A stretch of DNA of 64,000 nt from a virus. The stretch spans positions 32,001-96,000 of IMG/VR virus record IMGVR_UViG_3300028920_000047; one strand, written 5' to 3'. Under the pieces are notes generated by a model. The model was not told the DNA's origin, did not search any database, and saw only the letters and a program-made list of their open reading frames with translations. The translations under genes were made by a program, and so were the position numbers. This document shows, piece by piece, positions 1 to 10,337 of the stretch (within the stretch, counting starts at the first letter, position 1; each line of letters opens with the position of its first letter).

Positions 1-182
1 GATAATTGAAAAGTACCTTTATACTCATACCCCTGGCTATACATATAATTTAATATATCGTGTAACTCTATTTTTTGATTATCCGGTGTATTTGTTGCTT
101 CCTTCATAGTATTAAGAATATCATTATCAATAGTATTAATTACTACATACTCGTCCTTAACTGGATTTTCAAATTCTGACAT
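1..182 (-). CDS. hypothetical protein, 3' end runs off the window (MSEFENPVKDEYVVINTIDN...)
   Basis: ATG at 182 preceded by AGGAGG; frame open to the window edge; absent from the ORF track. Confidence 0.6.
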   Translation of the reverse strand, partial: MSEFENPVKDEYVVINTIDNDILNTMKEATNTPDNQKIELHDILNYMYSQGYEYKGTFQL

Positions 183-275
183 TATTAATCCTCCTATTTT
201 TTATAGGGCTAAGATATATTCTGATTTTACGTGGAAGAAAAAAGAAAAATCTACATAAATATATAAAATAACATC

Positions 276-644
276 TTAGCCCATTTTTTTATATATTTTT
301 GTTAGTGTATCGTTCATATTATCAAATGATTTAGTCAAATTATTCAATCCCCTAATAATAGCTTTAACCTGGGATTGGGTATCTTTTTTCACATCGCCTA
401 ACGGTACCAATTTTGTTTTTAATGCTTCGCTTAGATTATATGTTGGGGGGTTATCGTTTGGAGCCATTCTCAGCTTGAGTAAAATCCTTCGCCAGGTATT
501 CATAACATTATTCGTTATATCATTATTATCTTCATTAAAAAATCTTTTATTACTTACTGATTTAGGGGGCATCTCTACAGACCCGCAAAATTCGTCTACA
601 ATAATACCTAATATTTCTTTTTCTATATTTTTTGTTATTTCCAA
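276..644 (-). CDS. hypothetical protein
   Basis: 122-aa ORF overlapping the upstream gene in the minus-strand operon. Confidence 0.6.
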   Translation of the reverse strand: MEITKNIEKEILGIIVDEFCGSVEMPPKSVSNKRFFNEDNNDITNNVMNTWRRILLKLRMAPNDNPPTYNLSEALKTKLVPLGDVKKDTQSQVKAIIRGLNNLTKSFDNMNDTLTKIYKKMG

Positions 645-1207
645 TCCTCAAACCTCCTCTTATATTTTAATACTTTTTTTAATTGTTGTTTGGCGGTTTT
701 TTCCGTAACAAAATTTAATTGTATAACCTTTATAAAATCTTTTAAAAATCGATTTAATGGGAAATCTTTGTTTTCCTTTTTATATAAAGCTGCATAAGTA
801 CCTATTTGAAATAAAATTAAAGTTTGTTCCTCATTACTAACATCCTGCTCCATAATCTTATGAACGTTTGAAAATTTATTTTTAGCTTTTAAAAAATCAC
901 GAAATCCAAACACATGTTCTTCAAACTCTACTTCCTTATTAACCAGGGTGTCGGTTATACCTAATAACATATGCCCATATTTTTCAAACTCATTATAACC
1001 ATTTATAAGGGAATAGTCTATTATCTTTTGTACTAATTCTAAAAAGATATTTTGCTTTTTCTCAATCAAATAACTTTTTAAATTGTATAAAAACGATAAA
1101 TAGTCGTTATCTATACCTACTTCTTTTAGTAAACTATAAGAAGACTTATCAAGATAATACATATAATAAAATCTTTTTAATTCTTTTTTTATACTCTTAC
1201 TATCCAT
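635..1207 (-). CDS. hypothetical protein downstream of portal
   Basis: 190-aa ORF; TAATG coupling with the portal stop. Confidence 0.7.
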   Translation of the reverse strand: MDSKSIKKELKRFYYMYYLDKSSYSLLKEVGIDNDYLSFLYNLKSYLIEKKQNIFLELVQKIIDYSLINGYNEFEKYGHMLLGITDTLVNKEVEFEEHVFGFRDFLKAKNKFSNVHKIMEQDVSNEEQTLILFQIGTYAALYKKENKDFPLNRFLKDFIKVIQLNFVTEKTAKQQLKKVLKYKRRFEDWK

Positions 1208-2862
1208 TATTCTTCACCATCTTCTTTTTGTTTTTTTATAATAACCTTTCCATCCAACTTTTCAATTATTTTATGCTGTACATATCTTTTTTTATTAACA
1301 TCTATTTTATAAGGTAGATAAGATTTAATATCCCCATTTCTATGATAATATTTTAACTCTTGTTTATCTTTTTTTATTTCGGTTAAAATAGTTTGAAAAT
1401 CTATTTTATTAGTCATGAAACTTTTTACATCAAACTCCGGTAAACTTAAATACTTTAACAACCAGTATATTACATATTTTACCTGAGCATCATTTTCTAT
1501 ACCAATACTACGAAAAAAATCTAACACTTCTCTGGATACATCGAGCTGAGATTTTAAAGCGTTGGTTAATTCCAACTCTTCAGCAGTAGAGGTTGTACCC
1601 AGCATAACATCAAATTCATTAGGATTTATAACTTTTTTATATTTCCAGGATAAATGAATTAAAAACATACGCTTCATTGCTATTAAATCGGCATTTTGTA
1701 AACGTTTACTCATTCTTGCATATCTTAACGAAGTCCATTTTAAACTACCCTCACCAACTTGAAACCCTTCATTAGTAAATCCTAAATATTCTGGCGGAGT
1801 TCGTAAGGCGCCAAAATAGATTTTAGTAAAATAATCAATATCAACCATCCCCCGCACCTCTACATCACCACCAATAGTATCAGCTTTAACATCACCCTTA
1901 CCTGATGCAGTTACAGGTAAAAATAAATCATCAGTAAAGTTTAAAGGATTGTACTCACTATAATATTGGTCAGCAGAAAAATTTATAGATTTTGATTTTT
2001 TAAATGTTTCTTCATAATCATTTAACATATCAGTAGCTTCAGTTGTATTAGCATTACCTACATTTACATAAAACACTCTTATAAACGGAGCCCGGGCTAA
2101 ACGAGCCATTATTATACTATCCTGGGATAATTTTAATTGTTTAAAAATTTTTCGAGCAGCTTCAAAAAAACTTATACCATATTTTGTTGTTAATCTCAAT
2201 GGATGCCCTTTCTCATCTAATTTTAATGCCCCAAATATTTTTTCCCTATCCAATAATCTATATTTTCTACGCGGCCCTAATAATCTAAAATGCACCACTT
2301 CCCAGGGTTCCAATAGATTATCAGCACCTATTGCTCCGGAAAAGCCCGCCGTCTCTAATAAAGCAAAACCGAGTAATTTACCATTCACATCAAACCTATA
2401 AACATCCTCAGGATGATGTTGGTCATCATAACCAGTAATCCCTTTACCAGGTTCACCATATAATTTAATAAACATATCTCCATACAAAGCGGTTTGCCAT
2501 GTCCAATCTATTAAATTATCTTCTAAATTAATTATATTAATAAATCTATCCCATTCTCTTTTATAATCTTTTACATTAGTCTCTAACCACATTGTGGCTC
2601 TATGTAATTTTGAATAAATTGCAGAATCCTCAACAAGTAATTCCAAAGCACCGCCTGCAATCCCATCAGATAACATGGACTCATAATCCAAATACCTGAT
2701 TTTTCTATCATGGTCAACAGAAGTCATAGTCCCATAAAATGACCATAAATAATTATATAACTCCCGGCGTTCATGCTGCCCATGATTCTTAGAAGGAGTC
2801 TTATTAAAAACTATATCTATTACTTCCGCTAAATGATTTTTAATCAAATTCCATTTTGCCAT
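1207..2862 (-). CDS. portal protein (T4 gp20-like)
   Basis: 551 aa; gp20-type motifs VVHFRL, GISFFEAARKIFKQL..SQDSIIMARLARAP.IRVFYVNVGN, DDLFLPV, DIDYF..ALRTPPEYLG; directly downstream of TerL-C. Confidence 0.9.
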   Translation of the reverse strand: MAKWNLIKNHLAEVIDIVFNKTPSKNHGQHERRELYNYLWSFYGTMTSVDHDRKIRYLDYESMLSDGIAGGALELLVEDSAIYSKLHRATMWLETNVKDYKREWDRFINIINLEDNLIDWTWQTALYGDMFIKLYGEPGKGITGYDDQHHPEDVYRFDVNGKLLGFALLETAGFSGAIGADNLLEPWEVVHFRLLGPRRKYRLLDREKIFGALKLDEKGHPLRLTTKYGISFFEAARKIFKQLKLSQDSIIMARLARAPFIRVFYVNVGNANTTEATDMLNDYEETFKKSKSINFSADQYYSEYNPLNFTDDLFLPVTASGKGDVKADTIGGDVEVRGMVDIDYFTKIYFGALRTPPEYLGFTNEGFQVGEGSLKWTSLRYARMSKRLQNADLIAMKRMFLIHLSWKYKKVINPNEFDVMLGTTSTAEELELTNALKSQLDVSREVLDFFRSIGIENDAQVKYVIYWLLKYLSLPEFDVKSFMTNKIDFQTILTEIKKDKQELKYYHRNGDIKSYLPYKIDVNKKRYVQHKIIEKLDGKVIIKKQKEDGEE

Positions 2863-2885
2863 CTAATATCAACACCTCTTTTACT

Positions 2886-4325
2886 CTACTTAGAAAATAA
2901 CCAAGCCAAATCTTCGTTAATAATTCCTTTTCTATTATGGTCGCGTTCATCTTTTTGTTTTTCTAATACCGATTTAAAAGTGTCCAATAATATACGTGGA
3001 TTACTAACCGTATCTACTAAAGCGTTCCAACAAGCACCACAAAAAGCATCCGCCACACCCTTATCACCAATTTCACCTTTAAGATTTTTTTCTGGAGGAT
3101 AAACCTTTCCTTTTTCTGTATCATGTAAAAGGTCTCCAAGTTCCATAACTAATACTTCATAATCATATATATCCACTCTCTCTTCAAGAATACAATCGCG
3201 TAAACTCTTATATTGAACATCATTTCTATCTACAGACAATAACGATGAGGGAATACCACCAAGTACCATTGATTGTATACTTTCCTCCGACTGGAACTGG
3301 TCAAATGTTCCCCTTACTATGTTTACACCTTTTTTTCTTAACCAAAAATAAAATTCTCTAATCTTATAAATAGGTATTTTTGAATCATACGGAGGTCTTA
3401 TTTGAAGAGCAAAATCCAAATATAATCCCGGAGCCTGAATTTCCTTTACTTGACCAGTATCTATATTTACTTTAACTGTGTTTACCATGCCCCGCTTACG
3501 CACCATTGCCATTCCTAATTCATTGCCCGATTTAGATAAATCTGTATGAATATAACGAGCAGCAGTTATATCTTCCAATTTGTTAAAAATAAAATAATCC
3601 TGAATTTTTTGTTGTTTATTTTTATAATCAAGAACCAAATACTCTTTTGTAAAAGGATGAGCTTCATACTCCCGCCTAACTGCTTTACTAACATATGTTC
3701 TTTGTGGTATCAACCTTTTTCTTACACTATGTCTGGCCAGTATCCCCGCCTGGCGCTTTAAAAAAGTTGATAAATCTAATTTTGCTAATCTTTTTAATTC
3801 CACCGGACAGTCGTTTAATATAGCATGACCTTCTCGTACATAAACACTTATATCTTCACCTTTCTCAATTATTTTTGGTGGATGATATTCAGTACCGCAG
3901 GCAATAGTAAACGTTATACCACTATAAGCTTTCCTTTTAATTCGCCATATTGGGTCATTATATATAAGTACGTGCTCCTCGTCTTTTACCATCTCAATAT
4001 AATTATCTAAAAATGAAGCCACATCCTCTTCTACCTGCTGAATCATAAACAATTTACTTATTAAAGGTAAAATACCTTTATCCATAAATCGAGATATAAT
4101 ACGAGAAATAGTTTCGGTATAAACTTTAAAAACCTTAGTTAGTTCAACACGCCTGGTACTAAATTGAGCGGTTTTATTATCCGCTGCTGATAACTCGTCC
4201 AAACAATTATGAACAATTATGTTATGTGGTCCAACATAAAGATGATTACCACCCACATCTTTAACATCATAACTATCCTGAACACCAATACTTTTTATAG
4301 ACTTTATTTTAATTGGTTTTAACAT
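2886..4325 (-). CDS. terL: terminase large subunit C-terminal fragment preceded by split-intein C fragment (IntC)
   Basis: First 40 aa are intein blocks F/G (..DSYDVKD..NHLYV..NIIVHN) followed by Cys+1. The extein starts CLDE (Walker B half) and has RNase-H-like nuclease motifs (YIHTDLS, TFDQFQS, SVDR, VADA). Adjacent to portal. Confidence 0.9.
   Translation of the reverse strand: MLKPIKIKSIKSIGVQDSYDVKDVGGNHLYVGPHNIIVHNCLDELSAADNKTAQFSTRRVELTKVFKVYTETISRIISRFMDKGILPLISKLFMIQQVEEDVASFLDNYIEMVKDEEHVLIYNDPIWRIKRKAYSGITFTIACGTEYHPPKIIEKGEDISVYVREGHAILNDCPVELKRLAKLDLSTFLKRQAGILARHSVRKRLIPQRTYVSKAVRREYEAHPFTKEYLVLDYKNKQQKIQDYFIFNKLEDITAARYIHTDLSKSGNELGMAMVRKRGMVNTVKVNIDTGQVKEIQAPGLYLDFALQIRPPYDSKIPIYKIREFYFWLRKKGVNIVRGTFDQFQSEESIQSMVLGGIPSSLLSVDRNDVQYKSLRDCILEERVDIYDYEVLVMELGDLLHDTEKGKVYPPEKNLKGEIGDKGVADAFCGACWNALVDTVSNPRILLDTFKSVLEKQKDERDHNRKGIINEDLAWLFSK
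4206..4325 (-). other. split intein C-fragment (IntC, 40 aa)
   Basis: MLKPIKIKSIKSIGVQDSYDVKDVGGNHLYVGPHNIIVHN|C; basic N-terminus, terminal His-Asn, Cys nucleophile at +1. Confidence 0.92.
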
Positions 4326-4861
4326 TATTTTAAATCATCTCTATTTGAACTTAATAATTTATATAAAACAAATCCTATTATTGTCGATAGAGGAATAAAA
4401 CCAAACGGAAGTAATATTTTCCAGCCGGAAAGAGTATCCATTGTGAAACAAAAAATTGTTAATGATACAATAATACCAAAAATGGTTGAATTAACTAACG
4501 TCTTAGATATATTACCACCAAACGACGATACCCATTGACAAAATTTATTATCTGAAGTTAATCCAAGCATAGTTATAAAACCAAGTATAATACCGGTTAT
4601 TGCACCATAGACAACACCTTCCTTGATTTTCTTATTATCCTCCATTACATAATCCATAACCGCCTTTTTTTCTTGTTGCTTTTCCTGCTGCTTTATAAAA
4701 TTTATAAGTTTATTTAAATCCGCTTGAGATACTTTAGACCAATCATCCTCTACCGCTTCAACAATTTTCTTTAAAGTATCATCTATACCAGACATATCAA
4801 TTGCTTCTAATATAGCTTCCACATCTTCCCGTTTTTCGGTTTTATAAAACTCCTTGTTCAT
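4325..4861 (-). CDS. membrane protein with about three C-terminal TM helices (holin-like candidate)
   Basis: three hydrophobic segments; lies in a lysis-like cluster. Confidence 0.45.
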   Translation of the reverse strand: MNKEFYKTEKREDVEAILEAIDMSGIDDTLKKIVEAVEDDWSKVSQADLNKLINFIKQQEKQQEKKAVMDYVMEDNKKIKEGVVYGAITGIILGFITMLGLTSDNKFCQWVSSFGGNISKTLVNSTIFGIIVSLTIFCFTMDTLSGWKILLPFGFIPLSTIIGFVLYKLLSSNRDDLK

Positions 4862-5081
4862 CTAACTCTCTCATCTTTCTTAATAAATTTCTTATCAACA
4901 CTTTTAACAAAGCATTTCTTAACTTAAAGTGGGGCTTACCCTTTAACTTTTTTAACTCTACATTACACTCATCCCGAAATGTTTTGTTCTCTCTTGCTAT
5001 ATCAAAACACATTTGTAAATAAGTATCTAATTCAGTATCATTAAATTTTAACTTATCTACAAGTTTATCTACTTTACTCAT
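4842..5081 (-). CDS. hypothetical protein
   Basis: 79-aa ORF with overlapping start/stop coupling. Confidence 0.6.
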   Translation of the reverse strand: MSKVDKLVDKLKFNDTELDTYLQMCFDIARENKTFRDECNVELKKLKGKPHFKLRNALLKVLIRNLLRKMRELDEQGVL

Positions 5082-5857
5082 ACTTTATTACCATTTAACT
5101 TCTTTTCTTTAAATTCGTCTTTTTCTTGAATCACTTCTTTAAATTTATCTTCACCAAGTTCCATAGCCATTTTTGACAAATAAAACTGATTTGATAAAGT
5201 TTTAGAAAGCAATTCACTTTGAGTATCCATATACTTCTTTTGCCATTTACGATTACTAATAATAAGTGCTAAACAAATAGTTGATAGTATAGATAGAGCA
5301 GATAAAGCAACTTCGGGATTATTTGTAATAATGTTTCCCTTAGCTTCAAATTTTTGGTTTATCGAATTATCGAAACCGGCAAATAGTTTTGCATTAGCAT
5401 CTACTTTATTACTTACTTCTAAAATATTATCTGACATTGCTTTAAAATCTATTTTAACAAAATTATCAGATAAAGCTTTTACATTAGTCTTTATATCTAA
5501 TACATTATTTGACATTGCTTTTAAATCTAACTTAAATTCGTCAAGTAATTTTATTTTAACATTTAATTCTTTTATCAACTGCATATCGGTTTGAATCTTA
5601 CCAATATTAGCATTCATATTATTCTGGAGCTGAATAAAATTATCCCTTAAATCATTTAACCCTGATTTATTATCATTTACTCCTACCTGAACTTTAAGCA
5701 TAACATCACTAATTTTAACTACATTATCTTTAGTAGCTCTAACATCACTTTTAATCGTCGCCAACGATGGTAAAAGAGAAAAAGAATACCCAAAAGAAAG
5801 GCAAACAAATATATAAAAAATAATTAAAGCAATTACTTGCCAATGAAAAGTACTCAT
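5078..5857 (-). CDS. membrane-anchored coiled-coil protein (possibly spanin-like)
   Basis: N-terminal TM, long heptad region with internal D.KAMSDN repeats, second TM near the C-terminus. Confidence 0.45.
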   Translation of the reverse strand: MSTFHWQVIALIIFYIFVCLSFGYSFSLLPSLATIKSDVRATKDNVVKISDVMLKVQVGVNDNKSGLNDLRDNFIQLQNNMNANIGKIQTDMQLIKELNVKIKLLDEFKLDLKAMSNNVLDIKTNVKALSDNFVKIDFKAMSDNILEVSNKVDANAKLFAGFDNSINQKFEAKGNIITNNPEVALSALSILSTICLALIISNRKWQKKYMDTQSELLSKTLSNQFYLSKMAMELGEDKFKEVIQEKDEFKEKKLNGNKV

Positions 5858-6279
5858 TATATGACCTTCTTTTGTTTTAATTCCATATAAACATCTTGAA
5901 TAAAAGTTATAAAATATGATGGCTGTTTAATCTTTTCTTTTAACTCACCCTTCACACCAGTACTAAGAACTTTTAAATCAGCCTTTAATATTTTTCCTAT
6001 CTGAGCAATTAAATCATCTTTTGCACTATCCAATTTTTCAAGACCGTTACCATCTCTCTTATCCCACTCTATAATTATTTTAATCGCCATTTCTTTCAGC
6101 TGCTCTAAATCATCATCAGTTGCTAAATGAAATAATCTTCGAGTCCACACTTTAAAATACTTTTCATAAATATTTTTTACCACTTCTAAAAAATCTTGAA
6201 CCTCAGGTTTCTTATAAAACCTCACAACCCTGACCGGAAAAGCACAAATATTTTTCCACGCCCTCTTAAAAAAATTCAT
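5857..6279 (-). CDS. hypothetical protein
   Basis: 140-aa ORF, GAGGAGG RBS. Confidence 0.7.
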   Translation of the reverse strand: MNFFKRAWKNICAFPVRVVRFYKKPEVQDFLEVVKNIYEKYFKVWTRRLFHLATDDDLEQLKEMAIKIIIEWDKRDGNGLEKLDSAKDDLIAQIGKILKADLKVLSTGVKGELKEKIKQPSYFITFIQDVYMELKQKKVI

Positions 6280-6315
6280 CTTTAACTACCTCCTCTTTTT
6301 ATCAAAAAATCAAAA

Positions 6316-6510
6316 TTATATTTTAACTACCATTCGAATTTTATAATAATTAGCGTTTGTATTATTTGATACATCTCTCAAAAAGGCTAAATGCTCCACA
6401 TCCAGTTTTGTATCCTGAACAAATTTTTCAATAATTTTTTGAATAGCTTTTTCAGATATCTGACGCTTTCTCTGCACCTCTTCAACGGATAAACTTTTTT
6501 CCTTACTCAT
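6316..6510 (-). CDS. hypothetical protein (likely start MSKEKSL)
   Basis: GAGG RBS upstream of ATG at 6510; the longer track start overlaps the next gene. Confidence 0.5.
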   Translation of the reverse strand: MSKEKSLSVEEVQRKRQISEKAIQKIIEKFVQDTKLDVEHLAFLRDVSNNTNANYYKIRMVVKI

Positions 6511-6523
6511 AATTTTTAACCTC

Positions 6524-6895
6524 CTATTTATATTTATCTTTTTGATAATAGGTCGGCCACTTATAACCATATCCCCATCTCCAATAAGTAGGCAAAAGCG
6601 GATGACCAAAAATTCTTACACCTATATAATATATTTTAGCGATTATTGGATATCCGGATTTTTCTATATCCTTTTTAAATATTTTATCAGCATATCTTCT
6701 ATCCTTTTTAGAACCACCCTGCCAATATAACCAATCATGTTTTATTCCTGCCCAGGTAAAATTGAAATCAGGAACCAAAGTACACCCGTCGGATTTAAAA
6801 GGTCTTATATGCTCTCTTCTGGTAGGAATATGGGAACAATGGATAAGGAAAAAAAGAAGAAATAAAAATATTATAAAATTACAACTATTTTTCAC
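6524..6895 (-). CDS. putative lipoprotein with prokaryotic phospholipase A2/DUF1353-like motif
   Basis: hydrophobic leader ending FFLIHC; SDGCT..HDWLY..GG...R..AD motif; AGGAGG RBS. Confidence 0.55.
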   Translation of the reverse strand: MKNSCNFIIFLFLLFFLIHCSHIPTRREHIRPFKSDGCTLVPDFNFTWAGIKHDWLYWQGGSKKDRRYADKIFKKDIEKSGYPIIAKIYYIGVRIFGHPLLPTYWRWGYGYKWPTYYQKDKYK

Positions 6896-6907
6896 TTAAC
6901 TACCTCC

Positions 6908-7008
6908 TAAAATCTTCGATTTAAGCGATTTATACTAATTACCTACATAAAACCATGTATTATATAAAATCTCTTTATAAATCATATATTTACACGATTT
7001 TACTGGTT
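6908..7008 (-). repeat. ~100-nt intergenic element, copy A (inverted homolog of 63158-63261)
   Basis: 24-nt perfect match AAATCGCTTAAATCGAAGATTTTA plus upstream similarity to copy B. Confidence 0.75.
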
Positions 7009-7049
7009 ATTTTAATGTTAATTTAAAATAAAACCAAACTTCTTTATGT

Positions 7050-7652
7050 TTATATCGATTCATTTAACCCTTTTATTTGTATTTCCTGCTGTTCTTTCAA
7101 CAAAGTATGTTTCATTATTTGGAGTAACTGCCAACTATTTCTACAATTATCATCTGCTGCAGATTTTATATAATGATATGCTCGTTGCCCCCTTAATTCT
7201 GGTTTAGATTTATTATAATGATTAGCATAATACTCACCCTGTTCATAAATTGATACTGGTATTATTACAGGAACTTTTAGATAACTTAATCGACAAAATA
7301 ATATTGACCAAAGGGGTGAACCGTCTAATTGATAAGCAACAGTTTCTGTATCTATAAAAAATCTATAATCAATTTTTAGTTCTTTCAACTTATCTTGCCA
7401 ATCAGGCTTTCTTTTAATTCTATTTAATAACTCAGCAATTTCTTCTTTATCATGTTGACATAAACCATGACCTTCAGATATATAACCATCTGGATAATCG
7501 CCTAACTGAGTTTCGGCATAAATAGTTCTAAGAATCATTTCACAAGCATTATCGTTTTCACCATAACCAAACACACCACACACCGCAAAAATACTTTTTA
7601 TAATAAAAATTTCATTTGAACTTCTATCATTTGGTAATAATCCATATCCCAT
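7050..7652 (-). CDS. putative endolysin (lysozyme/transglycosylase-like fold)
   Basis: RTIYAETQLG (candidate catalytic Glu), GHGLCQ, RLSYLKVP..IP, YYANHYN pattern; flanked by TM genes. Confidence 0.55.
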   Translation of the reverse strand: MGYGLLPNDRSSNEIFIIKSIFAVCGVFGYGENDNACEMILRTIYAETQLGDYPDGYISEGHGLCQHDKEEIAELLNRIKRKPDWQDKLKELKIDYRFFIDTETVAYQLDGSPLWSILFCRLSYLKVPVIIPVSIYEQGEYYANHYNKSKPELRGQRAYHYIKSAADDNCRNSWQLLQIMKHTLLKEQQEIQIKGLNESI

Positions 7653-8173
7653 TATTTTCTCACCCTAACCTCTTTACCTAAATTGTTATAATTTGAATAC
7701 ATTTTTTGAACAGCCGGACAATGTGAAAATAAAGATAAAATTAACACAATCACCAGCCCACTAATAACAAATATTACTCCACGAGAAAAACCTGCTTTAA
7801 AATCTTTAAAAGCACCGAGAGCAGCTGAATCTTCGACCGCTTTAACAACAGATACTCTAAAATCACGAGCAATAAATTCTTTTTGAGGATTATACACTTC
7901 TTTTTTAAAATAAGTTTCTATATCTTTTTGATTCTCTTTTTCACGAATCTTCTCACACTGTGAAGTATGTTCATGAAAAGCAAGATTTTGTTTTTCTAAT
8001 AGTGATTCTTTAAGATACTCACCTAAATTATTTATCGATTTTTCCACATTTTGTATTGATTCTTTAATAGTCACTTCAAGATGTTCAATTTTTTTACTAA
8101 TCTCATCCTTAGCTTCTTTTACTTTTTTATCTACAATTTCTATCACTTCTGACCTTAAAACATTTTCTGGCAT
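7652..8173 (-). CDS. coiled-coil protein with C-terminal TM helix (holin/antiholin-like candidate)
   Basis: coiled coil then VIFVISGLVIVLILSLF; directly upstream of the putative endolysin. Confidence 0.45.
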   Translation of the reverse strand: MPENVLRSEVIEIVDKKVKEAKDEISKKIEHLEVTIKESIQNVEKSINNLGEYLKESLLEKQNLAFHEHTSQCEKIREKENQKDIETYFKKEVYNPQKEFIARDFRVSVVKAVEDSAALGAFKDFKAGFSRGVIFVISGLVIVLILSLFSHCPAVQKMYSNYNNLGKEVRVRK

Positions 8174-8216
8174 ATTCTACAGCTCCTTAATAATTATTAT
8201 TAGTAAGTATTATCTT

Positions 8217-10337
8217 TTAGTAATCCGCCTTTAATTTACTAACAAACTGTGGCCAGGTGTATTTTGTATTGGCGCCATAGGTTTTATTCATCATTTCTCG
8301 TTTTGTTGAGGTTGCTGTTATTCCCAAACCTGAATTTATGGGTGAAGAAAGAATTCGCCTAACCACTGCGGCTGATGGAACATTTGTTATTGTATCTGGC
8401 ACAGTTACAGTTGAATAATTAACCGTTATAGTATCGGCTGTTTCCAATCCCATTTCAACCATACTACCAAAATATACAGAAATACTATCACCCAATCCGT
8501 TTAAGGAAGTCGTTCCTGACCAAACTGCACCAGCAGTAGGATATGACTGAAAAACCATATTATTAAAAATTACAATCACATCTCTACCATTTTGAGCGGT
8601 AGAAGTTCCACCAATGGTTATTATTGATATATTTGTATCGTGATTATCTGGGGGATAAGTTATTGCAATAGACAGATATTTGACTGTTATTGAATCTTTT
8701 GCAATATTATCTCCATCGAAAAAAACAACTAAAACACTATCATAATAATCATTCAAACTTGCTGTGCCAGACCAAGCGTTTGAACTGATATTCACAGAAT
8801 CGTTATATACCCAACCCATACCGTTTTCGCCAACATATATGCCAATTGAGTCATAATCGTCTGCGTTTGTAGTAGTTCCGCCGATATGTATTAAAACTAT
8901 TTCTGTTTCGTGATTGTCGTCTGGATATGTAATACTCATTGCTATATAAGTAACACCAATAGTGTCATAAGCGATATTAGTTCCATCATAGAATTTTACC
9001 ATAATAGAATCTGCACCAGTCAGACTTGCAGTTCCACTCCAAGCATCACTTGAAACTTCAACTGTATCTTGATATACTCCATTGACATATATTCCAACGC
9101 TATCGTGGTCGGTAGCGTCTGTTGTTACACCATCAATTTTTATCAGTTTTTGTGTTGTGTCGTGGTTATCAGCAGGGTGTGAAAATGATATAGTCGGAAC
9201 AGATGGAGAAGGATATTGACCATTAAAAAAAAGAGTAAAAAACGAATCGCCGGTCGCATCAAAACCAACAGTATCACTACCAGTTACCAAAGGCACTGTT
9301 TCAGCACTATCGCAGTTCGGCTCTAATAAATCCGTTCCTGATTCCCTTGCAAAAAGATTAAGTCCAACAGGGTCGCCCGTAATATTATACACCACATTGT
9401 CCGTATCATTATAATATATATCTTGTCCATTGTCTTGATTAATATAATAATCATCAAAATATGAATTTCTAATATAATTAGATTTAATTTGCGAATTATA
9501 ATCTTTTTCATCGTGTTCATTAAGCCACGAACCTGCCGAATAACAGCTATCAAACACATTTGAATCGCAAGCACCAGCACCAGTAAAAAATATGTTTGCA
9601 TACCACGAAGTCGTGCCAGTAACCTTTATATTATATACATAATTGTTCCGAAAATATGATGTATCACTTGTATCGTTATCATAGAGAAAAATGTTCCCGC
9701 GAGTATTTTTAAACACAGTAATAAAATTATAAGTAAAAACTGATTTTTTACCAAACCAATCCCCATAAGTACTACCACCATTAAATCGCATAAATCCTAT
9801 AAATCCAGTTGAATCACTTGTAGCAGAGTATATTACTTGGTTTGAGCCTGAATTTTGTTTTAACCTGCCTCCATTAGAAATAAAAATAACCGGTTTTTCG
9901 ATAGTCAGTCGTGAACTGATATAATAACTATCACCAATAAATGTCGAATAATCAAAAGTTCCAAATTTGATACACCACACAACGATTTGAGTTCCGTCAG
10001 CAGGGACAGTATCATCAGCATAGTCATAAGCATAGGGAATTGATTTAAGCGGAGCAGGCGGAGTTGCTTGATTAGAATTGTTATTTGCGTCATTGCCGGC
10101 TGCAAATGTAAGTGATGTATCAACCATAGTATATTCGCCACAGGTGCAGTTCATAGATAAGTCGGCAAAATCAACATTAACAAGAGGGAAAGCACAAGTT
10201 GTTTCACTTCCGCCATTAACAACTATTCTATACAATTTTTGCCCGTTGACATATATTGTATCCCACGCATATATATTTGACAAAAACAGCAACATAAATA
10301 ATATAGATATTATAATTCTCATTTTATTTTTCCTCAA
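8217..10337 (-). CDS. exported beta-helix plus Ig-like repeat protein (paralog of 12245-14545)
   Basis: Sec-type signal peptide (..SNIYA|W); Asn-rich beta-helix-like region; three P.DNHDT Ig-like repeats. Confidence 0.75.
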   Translation of the reverse strand: MRKNKMRIIISILFMLLFLSNIYAWDTIYVNGQKLYRIVVNGGSETTCAFPLVNVDFADLSMNCTCGEYTMVDTSLTFAAGNDANNNSNQATPPAPLKSIPYAYDYADDTVPADGTQIVVWCIKFGTFDYSTFIGDSYYISSRLTIEKPVIFISNGGRLKQNSGSNQVIYSATSDSTGFIGFMRFNGGSTYGDWFGKKSVFTYNFITVFKNTRGNIFLYDNDTSDTSYFRNNYVYNIKVTGTTSWYANIFFTGAGACDSNVFDSCYSAGSWLNEHDEKDYNSQIKSNYIRNSYFDDYYINQDNGQDIYYNDTDNVVYNITGDPVGLNLFARESGTDLLEPNCDSAETVPLVTGSDTVGFDATGDSFFTLFFNGQYPSPSVPTISFSHPADNHDTTQKLIKIDGVTTDATDHDSVGIYVNGVYQDTVEVSSDAWSGTASLTGADSIMVKFYDGTNIAYDTIGVTYIAMSITYPDDNHETEIVLIHIGGTTTNADDYDSIGIYVGENGMGWVYNDSVNISSNAWSGTASLNDYYDSVLVVFFDGDNIAKDSITVKYLSIAITYPPDNHDTNISIITIGGTSTAQNGRDVIVIFNNMVFQSYPTAGAVWSGTTSLNGLGDSISVYFGSMVEMGLETADTITVNYSTVTVPDTITNVPSAAVVRRILSSPINSGLGITATSTKREMMNKTYGANTKYTWPQFVSKLKADY

